A DNA stretch of 64,000 nucleotides from Lama glama (taxonomy: Eukaryota): contig CM052817.1 in the NCBI GenBank assembly GCA_028534125.1, forward strand, positions 102,798,001-102,862,000, in the 5' to 3' direction. A program made the position numbers and the translations under genes. Shown in pieces: positions 41,121 to 55,020 of the stretch. The notes beneath the pieces were generated by a model. It had not been told where the DNA came from and ran no database searches. It was given only the letters and a program-made list of their open reading frames with translations. Position 1 is the first letter of the stretch; every line of letters begins with the position of its first letter.

Positions 41121-43635
41121 TCACCACATTGACATGTATATTCCTTATAAATAGGTTATTTTTTTCAAACTGGAGTCAATCAAAGGAGAAACATATCAGA
41201 GTTGAGATTTAAACAGTATATCAGACTTTTGAAACACTTTCATCAAAGTAGAAAAAAACTGCAATGTTTAATGTGTATGCCTAGCATAAAGTCAGTGACA
41301 GCATTCACTTCTTCCTTAGAAATGTATATTATGTGTTTTTTAAAAATCTAAAATTCTGTATAATCCCCCATGAAGTACACTATGTTTTTTGTTTTGGTCT
41401 CTGAGGATCAAAAAAGAGTTACATTACCAATTTGTAAAACAATTCTTCCTCATAAAGATCTATTTTCTTAAAAACAGCTTATAATAAATATTTTTAGATT
41501 ACTAAAATTGTAAAAGTCAAACAAAATATGTCTATTGATATTTTTTAATTAAACTACTAATTTAACCTAAGTAGTTTTAGAAGTCCACTAATTACAGTAT
41601 TTCTTAAAAGAACAGGGAAAAACAAAGTGTCAAATTTCAGAATAGTTTAAAGCAAAATAATTTTGTGACACATATACACACTCAAACACACACATATACA
41701 TACAGTGGAAAAACTTCATGGTAAAATTGATAAGAGAAAAACAAGGCAAACCAAAACAATACAAAAAAAGCAAAACAACTAAGCAATGCCCTGACAATGC
41801 TAAGCTACAGACACTGGGTTGTTTTCATCCAAGGTTGTGATGGAAACTTGCCCTTTTTCTTGATACGCATGACTAAAAATTCTGAACCTAGTTTACTAAA
41901 GATACAGTCTAATTTTGCAAAAATATCAACATTTATAGCTCTAAAGAAAGTACTGAGCTTAAAAATTAAAAGTACTGGGAGACTATTCCAGATGGTGAGG
42001 ATGGAGTGTGTATATGAGGATTTTCCCAAAAAGAGATACTTTTTATAAAAATATGTTAAATTAAGAGACAACAATTATTAAAAAGTCTTTTAAATTGGAA
42101 TGAACGATGTGACAGGTTCTTTCCAAAATTTATACATGAACAAACTGTACTTAAACTGCAGATTAAAAGAACAACATTTTAGTTCTCCTTATTTCTTCCC
42201 TGAAGAAATACTTACTGAGTGTTGTTATAGGCCTGGATTTATAGCAATAAATAAAAGAAACAAAAATTACTCCCCTTTTGATTTTCACATTCTAACGGAG
42301 GGAGAAAGTCATTAAACAAAAGGCTGATAACTGAGAGAGTGACAGATACTATAATAAGAAAGAGAAGATGGATATTGATTATCCACTGATGGGACAGCTT
42401 TTAAATAGAGTGATGAAGGGAAAACTCCCTTGGAAGCAAACATTCAGCCAAACATGAAGGAAGTGAAGGTGAGGGAACTGTGGGTAACTGTGAGTTGAGC
42501 GTCACAGAGTGAAAGAATGTTAAGAAATACGACAGCCCTGAGATAGAAGGACCTGTAAAGGGTCTGAGTGCCAGACAGAGTTCAACTTTCCAGAGGACTC
42601 TTAACATGTGGACGATGGTAAACAGAGGTGTGACATGATCTATGAGTAACTTATGTCTAATCGCCCTAGCTTCTAGGTAAGTGCAGTGATCTTTATACAA
42701 AATACAATAATTCAAATAGAGATTGGAACTCTCTAAAACCAAATCTAAGTCTCTACAAAAGTCCATATGTACACTATCTGAGATGAAGGGAGGGAGGCAG
42801 AACTAATGATTTATGGGAATTAACCATCAAAAGTGAGAGCTTGCACATGCTTAATAAAATGCCACTCCAGCCAGGCCAACGCAACTGAAGGGCAAGGTGA
42901 GCTACAGGGGAGCATTGAGAAAAGCCATTCTTCACCTTTGCTGCACAAATCAACAGGTACATTAAGCAGGGAAGCTCAAATTAATGGAGTGTTACAATTT
43001 CTATAGTACTTCAGTGCTAATGAAGTATTCATCATTTTCTATTTCTAAAAAAAATATTGTAATCTGTGAAAAGTTTGGGGGTTTTCCCGGTTTTCAAAAA
43101 AGATTCCATTTAAAAAGGTCAAGGACATCTTGAGGTAGATCTATTCAAACTCAGACAATAGAATGATGAATTTTGGTTTATTCAATCTACTGAGATAAGC
43201 TGCCTTCTACTTATATGGGGGTCAATCACCCAATCTTTTGATCTTTCTTTATTGTCAAAAAATTAACCAGTCTCTCCCTCCACATCCAGGCCATTAAGCA
43301 ATGTCGGCTCTTCCTGAACATTCTCTCAGACAGACCATAGATGGGGTCACTTACTAACCTTCATTTGTTTTACCTACAGTAGAAGAGTGAATTAACTATG
43401 CTTTTTATGAAATTTCATAAAATTTTAGAACTCTTTTATTAATTAGAAATGGGCAGTTCCAGTTTGCAAGCATCTACATTACAAATTACCTACGCATATA
43501 AAGGCCCCAGTATCCAGGCCTGGTCTTCTCACAGTAAGTACGTAAATCTGCTCATGGTCAACACTGATGAAAACAGCTAAAACTTTTATATACTATTTTG
43601 GTTCGGAATAGAAGAAACTATAAAACTTTAAATAC

Positions 43636-45832
43636 GTACATTAACAGAATGAAGGACAAAAGCCACACGTTCATCTAATTGATGCAGAAAAAGCATTTGA
43701 CAAAATTCAGCATCCTTTCATGATAAAAACACGCAACAAACTAGCAATAGATGGAAACTACCTCATCATAAAAGGTCATGCGTGAAAAGCCTTCCGCTAA
43801 CATCTTACTCAATGGTGAAAAAGTGAAAGCTTTTCATCTAAGATTAGGGTATTTGTGCTCGCCATTTCTATTCAGTAGAGTATTGAAAGTCCTAGTCAGC
43901 ACAATTAGGCAAGAAAAAGAATCAAAAGGCATCCAAATTGAAAAGAAAGGAAAGTCATTTCTGCAGACGACATGTTCTTATACGTAGAAAATCCTAGAAA
44001 GTCCACTAAAAAACTGTCAGAACTAATAAAGGAATCCAGCAAAACTGCAGGATACAAAATCAGCACTCAAAAACCAGTCGCATTTCTATACAGTAACATT
44101 GAACCATCTGGAAAGGAAAGTAAGAAAACAATTCCATTTAAAATAGAATCAGAAAGAATAAAATACTTGGGAATAAACCTAACCAAGGAGGCCAAAGACT
44201 TGTTACTGAAAATTACAAAACATCCCTGAAAGAAATTTAAAAAGACACAAATGAGTGGAAAAACATTCTATATTTATGGATTGGTTGACTTAATTTGCTA
44301 AGATATCCACACAAAATGAGCAACATAATCCTTACCAAAACCCCAACAGCATCTATTGTGAAAATAGGAGAACAAACAGTTCTAAAATTCATATTAATTT
44401 CACAGGACCTTGAATAGCCAAAAGTTTTTTGAAGAAAAAAAAAACGAAGTTGGACTTACACTCCCTGATTTCAAAACATATCACAAAGCTAAAGTAACTA
44501 ATACAGTGTGGTATTGGCATAAAGACAGACCTATAGGCCAATGGACTAGAGTAGGAATCTCCCAAATAAATCCTAGTGTATATAGCGAGGGACCTTTAAC
44601 AAAATTGTCAAGACTATTGAATGGGGAAAAGACAATTTTCCAACAAATGATGTTGGGAAAACCGGACATCCATGTACAAAAGAACAAAGTTAGACCTTTA
44701 GCAAAGCAATACACAAAAAATAACTCAAAATAGATTGAAAATCTAAACATAAGATTCCAAATCATAAAACTCTTAGAAGAAAACAAAGGGGAAAGCTTCA
44801 TGACATTGACTATGTCAGTGACTTCTTGGGTATGACACAAAAGCAGATGTAACAAAAGCAAAAATAGGTAAGGGGGACCACATCAAACTAGAAATCTTGT
44901 GCTGAGCAAAGGAAACGGTCAACAGAGTGGAAAGGAGAGAAAATGTTTGCAAAATACATATCTGATGAAAGGCCAGAACATATATAGAAATCCTACAACT
45001 CAACAGCAGAAACATGGAACAATCTGATTAAAAAATGGGCAGATTTGAATAGGCATTTATTTAAAGATGGTACACAAATGGCCAAACATATAAAAAGATC
45101 ACTAATCATCAGAAAAATACAAATCAAAACCAAAATGAGACAACATGTCACACACACTAGGGTGGCTACTCTCAAAAAAATAAAACAAAAAAAACAGAAA
45201 ATAAGTCATGTTTGTGAGGATATAGAGAAGCTGAAACCCTTCTGCATTGCTGATGGGACTATAAAACAGTCCTGCTCCTAAGAAAAAATTATGGGGGCTC
45301 TTCAAAAAATTAAAACTAGAACTACCATATAATCTGGCAATCCCACTTCTGTGTTCATATTTTTTAAAAAATGAAGAAGAGTCTGGAAGAGATATTTGCA
45401 TGACAGCACTATTCACGGTAGCCAAGAAGCGAGAGCAACTCAAATGTCTATCAGCAAATGAATGAATAACAATGTGGTATATATATCCAATGGAATATTA
45501 TTCAGCCTTAGAAAGGAAGGAAATTCTGTTACCTGCTATAACATAGATGAGCCTTAAGGGCATTATGCTGGGCCAAATAAACCAGTCACAAAAAGATAAA
45601 TACTGTATCCAAAGGAGCCAAATTCACAGAAACAGAACGCGAAACGGTGGTTACCAGCGGCTGAAAGTCTGAGTGGTGCTGTGTAACGGGGACAAGGTTT
45701 CAGTTTTGCAAGATGAAAACGTTCTGGAGATGTTTCACAACAACACAAATGTACGTAATACTACTAAAATCTACTTAAAAATAGTTAATATGGCAAATGT
45801 GATATTGCAGTTTCTTTACCACAATAAAAAAA
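43636..45832 (+). mobile_element. 5'-truncated L1 (RT to 3'UTR)
   Basis: GATGCAGAAAAAGCATTTGACAAAATTCA and ORF2p remnants (AGYKISTQKPVAFLY, IKYLGINLTKE, TLPDFKTYHKA, WYWHKDR); TSD AAAACTT(T/C)AAATAC at 43622-43635 and 45833-45846. Confidence 0.95.
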
Positions 45833-47478
45833 AAAACTTCAAATACTTCAGCGGTGGTGGCTGAGAATTATGCCAAATATTTCCTCTCTTAAAATTCACT
45901 TATTTAACTATTTGTATGAGCTAGTAAACATCCTCTTTAAAAAGCAGGACAAAAAAATAACATGAATTGGATCAATTCTATTAACAGGTAAATTTCACTC
46001 TAGGAACATAGCTTTACTTGGGAAAAGTGAGGAGGAACATTTTGAAACAATAAGAAAAAAGGCACTAGCAATACCAAAGTCAACATAGGGGGCAATAAAC
46101 TGCAGGATCCCTGTGGCTCACAGCAAAGAAACAATTTAAACATGTAAAAGGAGTACAGAATAGGGAAATACATGTTTCAGACTTTGGTTTAGCTTCATTG
46201 TCTATCAGGGAGAGAAAGAACACATTACTTCTTCCCCTCTCCAGCACCTCCTCTGTTCCAAAGAGTCAAAATTCACTTTATTTCTAATTAATATAATTCA
46301 ACAGTATAAAAGAAGCACTTTGGCTAAACTGGTACCCAAATCCCCATTTTTCGCATGTTTCTAAGTAAAACTCAATTCCAAACACTGACCTAAAAACAAA
46401 GCTTTATAACTCTTTAGGTTTAACTTCAGGCCAGATTTATGGATGTATTTTTACTAAAACTTAAATTCAATTCCAGAGATAGTACTTTGGTAGTTATTAT
46501 ATTTGAACAAATATATATATTATATATTTCAGAAGAAAATGATTTTAAAGATACAGTTACCACTCAATTATTTTAATAATCAAGTCTGGCCTTAAAAAAA
46601 CATAATTTAAGAATGTATCCAAGTATTAAGAGTTTGTTTACACCTTTCTCTAGTTTTTACCAATAATTTTTTTATAAAAACAGGGGAATTACTTTAAGAC
46701 TTTAGTCTCCTTTCTGATCCTGCCTTTAGAAGCACACATTAATGAATTGTGAAATGGACACAGTGATCCAAAAAAATTGAGTGTAATAGACATACGAGTA
46801 TAAAATGGGCATAAAATGGGAAAGAGATGACTTCAGTGGTTTTAGCAGCTCCAAACTACTTACCTGTGAACTACCTCTCTGATGACCTCTTCTTTAGAGT
46901 GAAATAGATCAAAACCCAAATTTATCAGACTCTTAAAAATTAACATTCGGTCACTAATGAAATAATTTCAAGGTTAATAAATGGCAAAATTCTAAATTAT
47001 ATGAAGTAAAACATCTTCCTAAAAACATCCTCTGAGAATTATTTTACGATAGCAATTTTTGAGTATGACTGGTACTTGAGCAACAGAAAACACACAGTAG
47101 AAAAACGTAAGTCACATGGAGACTGTAACATTCCAGCTCAACAACTGAGTTCTCTATTTGATTTAAAAGGCCTAAATTTCATTTAAAGTTCTTTGCCAGT
47201 TTAACATCCTGATGGGTTTGGTAATCATTTTAATTGAACTTTTTCATGATTTAGGAACATTAAATAATTTAAATAATTCGTATCATTTTAATTTTTACTT
47301 TGAATCTATTCATTTGATAGGAAATGTGAAAATGTATTTTTAAAATCTCAAATGCCCAGTGTCAGTTATAAATGCCAATCAAGTATTTTTGGTACCTTCT
47401 GGCAGCAATATTTGAAAGTGGTTCTAGTTGTAAAGTTAAACATAGTTTTGTGAGGGGCCACACAGAGGATAGGAATTA

Positions 47479-47622
<144 letters not shown>

Positions 47623-49709
47623 TCAGGCACAAGAAACCTTTCAGAAGCCTCTTAACAGACAGAAAAGAGAACAGAAGAGCCCCTCCTGGCCCGTATCCGC
47701 TCTCGACTGAACACTGATCTTCGTGTGGTTGTATTTACACACTAACAGCCAGGTACATGCAGAAGGGCACATCCAGTGCCACTGTGTGCAACTGAACATC
47801 ATTCTGAAAGAGTAATAGTGAATTTCATTAATAAGTTAATTTCAGCAAAAAGGCAGATTGCCAAAGACATATGTTGGTTTTTTTCCTTTGTATCCTCTGT
47901 CACTTTTTCTTAATACTTGTTTCTTTAAAATTTTACTGTTTTTTTATGATACTGTGACTATAAAAAGTTACATTTTTACCTAATGAGCTTCCCACCTTTC
48001 TCTTATGACTACATTTGCCAAGACCAAAAAAAAATGTTTCCTCTGAAACACTGGGAAAAAGAAAAAAACAATATTTGTATGTACACACAACATTACAAGT
48101 GTTTGCTATGTGATTTTATCCCTAAAGATTAAATAACATCAATTAAAATATATATAAAAATAAAAAACTTTAAAAAATTTTTTTAAATTAAAAAATAAAA
48201 TAAAATAAGAAATTCACATATCCTTAGCACAGAAAAAAAAAAGATAAAAAACAGCAGCAAATTTCACTCAAAACTGAAACAAGATTCTCTTTGATGAAAA
48301 GGAGGCTCTACTCGGAGGGCTATTTTGGTTAAGAAGAATATGCCTCAGAACTTAATAATTCTTTTTTTCACTGTTCACAACTGTTATTTTAACTTCTGGA
48401 CATCTTTGTATTAATAGATTTCTCAACTGCCTATTGGTATTTGTATTGTAATATTATTTCTTGAAAATTGGTAATAACATAGAGTTAAGTACGTAGATCC
48501 ACATCAGTGGTTCAGAAGCAGAGTGTTTCCTGAGGTTTAGTTTAGGTTTCAGGGAGTCATGTTTCACAATTTCAGCAGCCAAAGGTGGCTACTTTTATAG
48601 CTCTTTTTGAACCATCAAAATGTAAAGGTGAGCTATTAGGATTTCAAATTCAAAACTGGAGTTCAAAACAGAACCATTACAACACTTATCTATTTTAATT
48701 TTATACCAACTGCCACATTACTACCAAATATAAAAATACCACATTAGGAAAACATTTTCCAAAAGGCAATGAAGACACTGAGTGATGCCACGGAGTAATG
48801 ATATCCTTCCTACATGTGATAAGGAAATCTGATACACTCACTTGAGCATTAAAGATGAAATAATCAGCCTAAAGTTACAGAACCCAAGTCCCAGAGTTAA
48901 GTGTGTTAGTCCACCTTATAATGAATTTACACAATTTTCAATGAACTTAGCAGACCATACGGTGAAATCTTATGTTCCACAAATCTCTGGTTCGTCTGTC
49001 TGTATTACAGCCTTTTTCAGGAAATACTTTGCATTGTCTCAACCTCTGACAGAAGCAACTGTTAAAACTCTTCTTCACAAAAAATGGTAAGTATATTTTA
49101 GCATATTCAATTCTAAGGTGAGATTTTCATAAAGCTATGGAGTTGATTTTATAACTATTAATCTAAATCTCACTGGAGAGTTCAACTTTCAAGCACAAAT
49201 ATGGGAACATATTCTCTAATTCTCTAATAAAGCAAAATGTTTCATAAAAATTTCTGAAGGCAGAACATGAAGCAACGTAAGTAATGCATTGTAATGTGTA
49301 TTGCTGACGTTTATCATGTATATGACACAGTGTTCTGTGCTGGTTAAAAAGAACACGGCCACATATGGTCCAAGGAAAGAAAAATAGACTTATTTTATGG
49401 AAGAAGGGAAGAGCTATCAGGAGATACAGAGCACCAGTGGAACTCATCCTAAGCAATTGAAAGAAAATGGCAAGCCTCCTTCTTGAAAGCATGTTTTAAG
49501 ATGGAGTAAAGTAATCCAATCCTGTACCAAACTGACTCTTATCAAGGTCACTGATTTTGCATATAAATGAAAGACAAAGTCCACACTTATTAGACATTGC
49601 CCTTGAATAACACTAGATGTTAAGCTTCTCACCCAAAGCAAGTCACAAATTTGTTGAAGATTATTCTCCATCATGAGCTCTTTCGTACTAGAATTACCCT
49701 GCTGTAGTA

Positions 49710-49883
49710 CACCCAGCCTTTGGTATCCACTGAGGATTGGCTCCAGGACCCTCTTCGATACCAAAATCCATAGATGCTCTAGTCCCTTATATAAAATGGC
49801 TTAGTACAATATCTAAGAAATTTCGATTTGAAGGTTGGTTGATTCCACGGATGCAAAGCCCTGTGAATACAGAGGGTCAGCTG
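49710..49883. mobile_element. MER2-like Tigger MITE (internally deleted)
   Basis: GGTATCC..GGATTGGCTCCAGGACCC..GATACCAAAATCCA..GATGCTC..GTCCCTTATATAAAATGGC and end GGATGCAAAGCCCTGTGAATACAGAGGGTCAGCTG. Confidence 0.8.
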
Positions 49884-50429
49884 TCCACAAATAAGTGTGG
49901 ATGAGAAAAGTGAGGATTATGTTATGTGTTGAGAGTACCATCAAGTCCAAACAAGGGGTGACAAAATGTGCATAGAGTTCTGAACACTCAGAAAATCTCA
50001 CTCAGTAAAGTATTGTTTTCTATTAGCCTGAACATTAAGTCAACGGAAAATGAAAAGCCATAATTTGCTTAGCATTGTGTTAAGAATTATACATTTACAT
50101 ACTAACTATATATTTCTTACTTGTTTCAGGTACACAAATTTATGTTGAACCAGAATCCTACTTTTAAGGGCAAGAATAGTTTTTGAAAGTTACTTCTTTT
50201 ATAAGTTGTTTTTGTCCACATAATGGAGGAAACGATAATTGTGGTTAATAGCAGACTTCTTCTCATTTAATTGGTAGTTGGAGTCATTTTCAGAAATGTT
50301 TTCTCTTTCTCTCCCAATGATATAAAGTATCAGAGGAACCTTGATAGCTGGCTCAGGTGTTAGAGTCTTCTACATTGGGAGTATATATTTAATTATTTAC
50401 TTCTCTTTGATATTCAACACTTTTGATTA

Positions 50430-51510
50430 TTCTTTATTCTTGAAGTGATCTCTCTCCCCTGGGACATCACGTTCATTGATTTTCCTCCTACCTCTTAGAC
50501 CAAACTTCCTCAGCCTTTTGAGGGATTTTCTACAAAGTGATGCTTAAATATTGGTGTTCCCCCTATTCTACCCTCAATCTTATTTTTTCTTCCCTCCAGC
50601 ATTTCCCTAGACAATAAAAATCCACTGTCAAATTTCTCCCTCTGGATATAGCCTAAAGTCTGGACTCACCTTTCCTTTGTCTACTAGACATCTCCACTTG
50701 GATCATCTAAAGGCTTCTCACACTCAAGGATATGCTAAGTGAAATTATTATTTGTCTTTCCCCTTCTTAAAATTATGCTGTTTTATCCATAGGTCTCATT
50801 TCATTTGATGATCCACCATTCATCTCCTTACCTAGAAAAAATACCTTAAAGATTTCCCTTCATGTGATGCTCCTGTTAAAATATTTATGAAACATTACTC
50901 CCTCTTTTTCTTCTTGGCCTACACCACCCCACCTAAGGACTTAGTCACCTCTTATAAACGGCTTATTTATTTAAGCTTCTAAGAGGTTTCCCTGACTTCA
51001 CGTTCATCCTCCCCACCCCCATGTCCCCATTCTCAGTTAATGATCCCTACAGCTGAATTTTTTCCTGCTTTTTTAAAATCTGAACTTGCTCTGCTTTCAA
51101 TCCTTTGACTACTCTCCAGTAGTTAGAGGATAAAATCTAAATTTCCTAGCCTCATGTAGAAGATCCCGCTGATCTAATCTCCCTGGGTAACTAACAACCA
51201 GTCTTCCACTTGTAACTCACCATGCAAACAAAATGATTCAATTAAACGTAATTATAACTTTGATCATCACGCTTTTTTCTCAGCTTAGAAATTCCATCAC
51301 TCCTCTGCACAGTCAGAATCCCTTTAGTTCTAAATTTCAGTTCCTTCATGACATCTTCCTTGACTCACCAAGGCACACTCCGTCTCACTTTTCTCACTCA
51401 CTTGCAATCATTTATGTCTATGAACATACCCAACACTCCTTTGTAATTTTCATGACAGGCTCTCCAACATCCAATGATGCCTCAATAAATAACTGGCAAC
51501 AAATATGTTA
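50430..51510 (+). mobile_element. L2 LINE relic
   Basis: Pyrimidine-rich; TTTTCTCCTACCTCT, CTACTAGACATCTCCACTTGGAT, GGATAAAATCTAAATTTCCTAGC, ending CTCAATAAATAACTGG. Confidence 0.6.
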
Positions 51511-52028
51511 TGAGCAAATAAAGAGATCAATGCTGTTAATCACAGGAAATTCTAAGGAATTCAATGTTTGTAACTTAAAACTGGCCATGAATAAGGAAGT
51601 AAGGACACATTTCTACTTTGCTTACGCTTGAAATACACACAGCCTTACAGGATTTTTCTTTTGGCGATGAAATGGACAGATTTTTATGAATTTTTGAAAA
51701 GTAAAACAAATAAGAAGCTTTAAATGAGGTGATTATTGCACACCAACTATTAGAGAAAATTAAATTTTAATTATATATTAACTACTGAACTACTAAAACA
51801 ATTGAAAACATTCTTATAAATTTGTCTTTACAGTAGTAAAGTTGAAGGAGAAATCTCGAGGAAATATTTGGATTATGCTGGAAATGACTCACTTCCTTAG
51901 AATTTTCTCCAGAATTGTTCCTGGTATATATAATATAGATTCCTATGGAGAGAGCACATTTTGTAGCAAACCCTTGACCCTTTCGAAGTCCCTACAATAT
52001 AAAGTACAGAACTAAGTATAGAAAATAC

Positions 52029-52186
52029 TTTTTTTTATTTGTTGTGGTTTTTTTGTTTTGTTTTGGTTTGGTTTTTGGAGGGTGGAGGTAATTCGTTTTG
52101 TTTATTTGTTTATTTTTAATGGAGGTACTGGGAATTGAACCGAGGACCTGCTGCATGCTAAGCACACAATCTGCCACTGAGCTATA
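52029..52186 (-). mobile_element. tRNA-Ala-derived SINE (camelid vic-1-like)
   Basis: Minus strand TATAGCTCAGTGGCAGA..TGCTTAGCATGC..GGTCCTCGGTTCAATTCCCAGTACCTCC with A and B boxes and AGC anticodon, then ATTAAAAATAAAC..TTACCTCC and A-rich tail. Confidence 0.85.
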
Positions 52187-52353
52187 ATTTAAAAATTAAC
52201 ACCACGGTGGGTACTTTGTAACTACGCAAAGTGTTGATCTACAATATCAACAAAGTCAGCTCACATTTTTCAAGAAGTTACATGATAAATAGTGCAGTTC
52301 TGTTAAAAGATATTCAGTCCACCTTAAACCCACCACATTCTGAAGCCTCTCAC

Positions 52354-52532
52354 CTGGCTGGATGTTTTCTCTTATGATAGTTACATGGTTATCCCGATCT
52401 GGCCGTGTGTGTTCATGCCAAAAGCCTATCACGTGGCCCAGTTCATGGACAACAATTCCAAATTTATCACAGTTCTTGCCAATAGAGATCGCCTGAGGTC
52501 CATTTCCCCGCCGACCTACATAGGAGCAGCAT
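52354..52532 (-). CDS. TLL1: TLL1 coding exon (~exon 6), astacin zinc-binding motif
   Basis: 179 nt, ccAG/GTgag; (G)[59 protein letters not shown](G); intact HExxHxxGxxH. Confidence 0.98.
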
Positions 52533-54899
52533 CTGGAATAAAGCAGAAAGTGCAGATGGTGGAGGACAGGAAGATGCTGAGGGAATCACAATAGGGTGAA
52601 ACTTTCATAAAAAATTCTGATGGACTATCAAGTCCAGCACATTCAGAGGCAGAACAGTTTTTCATTAATAAATAGAACTGATTTCTTGTAATCCTGGTAA
52701 ATTTATCTATGATAAGAATCTCCAAATGATCAATTGAAGTGGTTTTGTATTAATTCATTTATTAGAAGATGTGCCTTAAGTCATTTTTAGGAGTATTCAG
52801 AGTATAAATCAGAAAATAAGATACTGATGATAGTTAATGGCTATTATACATACGGTTAAACTCAAGACATCAACTCACATTTATTTCTAATACATTTTTT
52901 CATTCTCACAACCCATGTAAATCATTTTGGTAACTACTTTGTCAATATGGTTGTCTGGCAATAATCCATTATTTCAGTATTAAATATAAATTAAAGTTTA
53001 TTTCTCCTCTTTGAGAAAAACAGAATTAAATTTGTGAAAGATGTTGTTATTAATTTTCCTGCTCATGGAAGAATTTCCTTAAAGAAGAAAACTTCTAAAA
53101 GAAGTCAATCAAGGAAAATTCGTTTCAAAGCTGAGTTATCTAGGGTTAATGGTTGACTGGCGAAGAAAAATCAACTGCTAGGATTATGAGACTTATGAGA
53201 CTGTGTCAGATCATCAGGCAGGTATTCAGTGTGACAGTCCATTCCACCTTCTGAAAGAATCTCTTGGACTGTCAGGATGCAAAACATCCCGAGCGTCTTC
53301 CTGCAAATTGCCCTCCACTTACTGACATTTATACTCACTCAATGATGTTCTTCTATGAACAACACAGAAGTTCCATTTACTCACTTTGTGTCTGTGTGGG
53401 GTGTGCACGTGTGTAAGTGTGCAAGAGTGTGCACACACGCAAGGGTGGACACATAGGGACACTCTAATCTTTAAATGGTATAATAATATAGTAATTACAA
53501 TCACAATTATAAATAAAATTAGGCCTAAAACTTCAATAATTAGGGTTTACCTTAAAATAGCTTCTACCTAAGGGCCACCCCTCCAGACAGCAATAGAGGG
53601 CAGTAAGTAATTGGTCTTGAATAGATGGGAATTATCATGGCGCCAGCCACCAAACACCTTTTCTAATGCGAAAATTACCCCAAATCAGTTGCCCAAATGA
53701 TTAAAATGAATTTCACTAACTTCGTTTTTCAGAGTAAGCACATCTGGCAGTCCTGTTGACTGTTCACAAATACAAATATTTGTCATTCCAGTTATTTCCG
53801 TAGGCTTTAAATGCCTAAGCATTTTAACCTATCCCATGCCAATTTGAAAGAGTAATTTGGTTTATTATTTATGAATCTATTATGATGGTTAATTAAGCTT
53901 AATAAATCAATAATAGAAAACTGAGGAAACGGACAGGGAAAAATAGGGAACTGTGCTTTTGCTCCCAGGTAGATTTTTTTAATAGCACATTTTAATTTAT
54001 ACATTCATAGTTATTGATTACATGCTGACATAGTAAAGTATTAGATGTAGCAAAACACAAAATTTTGGAGAGATTTAAATGGAAATAGTTGCTACCATAA
54101 AGCAATAGTCATGAAACCAAAATATCTGATTGTATGGCAGCTAAATAACCCACACTGAGTCATTCTTGATGGTTATATTCAGAGAAGAAAGTACTTTGCA
54201 GATAAAAATCCAGGAGCTAGTCAAGCAATATGGTCAATTCATTTAATCTAAAACATCCTTCATTAGCATTTTACCCATAACAATTTCCAATAAATAAGAC
54301 GGGGTTTCATAATGGAAAGCAAAAACACATCTCACACTGACTGTTACAATGGTCCTGTGAAAAAAGAAAAATGTGGTGGTTTGAGCTCTGACATACGTCA
54401 GGTCTAGGGACAGACGAATTCTAGGTGCTCAAATGACTACAAAACTAAATATATGTACATATAATTATGTCTGGAATGACAGGGTGATATGCACAATTTA
54501 TAAAAACATGGTTTAAACATGTCTAGGTATTATCTTGGTTTCTTTCTAATGGCATCCAGGTTTGATACTGTTCTCTTGTATATGGCTTTTGATTTTTTGT
54601 TTCTAATTTGAGTGTTGCTTTTAAAGCTTGGCCATTATAAGATTGATCTGCCTTCTCAAGAAAAACTTTCATCATCTTTAGAGAAGCCTCACTTCTCCCT
54701 AAGCCATAGAGAGTAACTGAGTAATCCATAACCTGTTATTCCCTACTTTGGCCTCGGATTGGTGGATCAAAGCCTATAAAAAAAGTTGCCTATAAGCATA
54801 AAGATGCCCTCCCCACAGCAGTCTTTTCTCAGCACAGAGATAATTTCTAAACCGTAAAGTTAGATGATGTCACTTCTGTACTCAGTATTCTCCGATGAC

Positions 54900-55020
54900 T
54901 GTGTGGTAAACTGTGTCAATGTTCACAAATATTCATCACCTTTCTCTAGGAGATCATTATATTGCCCTTCCCTACTAGGTTTGGTCATGTGACTTGCTCT
55001 GGACAATGTCATATAAGCAC
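54900..55020. mobile_element. MLT/ERVL-MaLR LTR fragment
   Basis: TGTGGTAAACTG..GGTCATGTGACTTGCTCTGGACAATG, an MLT1-type motif. Confidence 0.5.

Noticed and set aside
52110..52186. Possible tRNA-Ala gene
   Set aside because: Acceptor stem 5' side missing, mismatched stems, SINE-type A-rich tail
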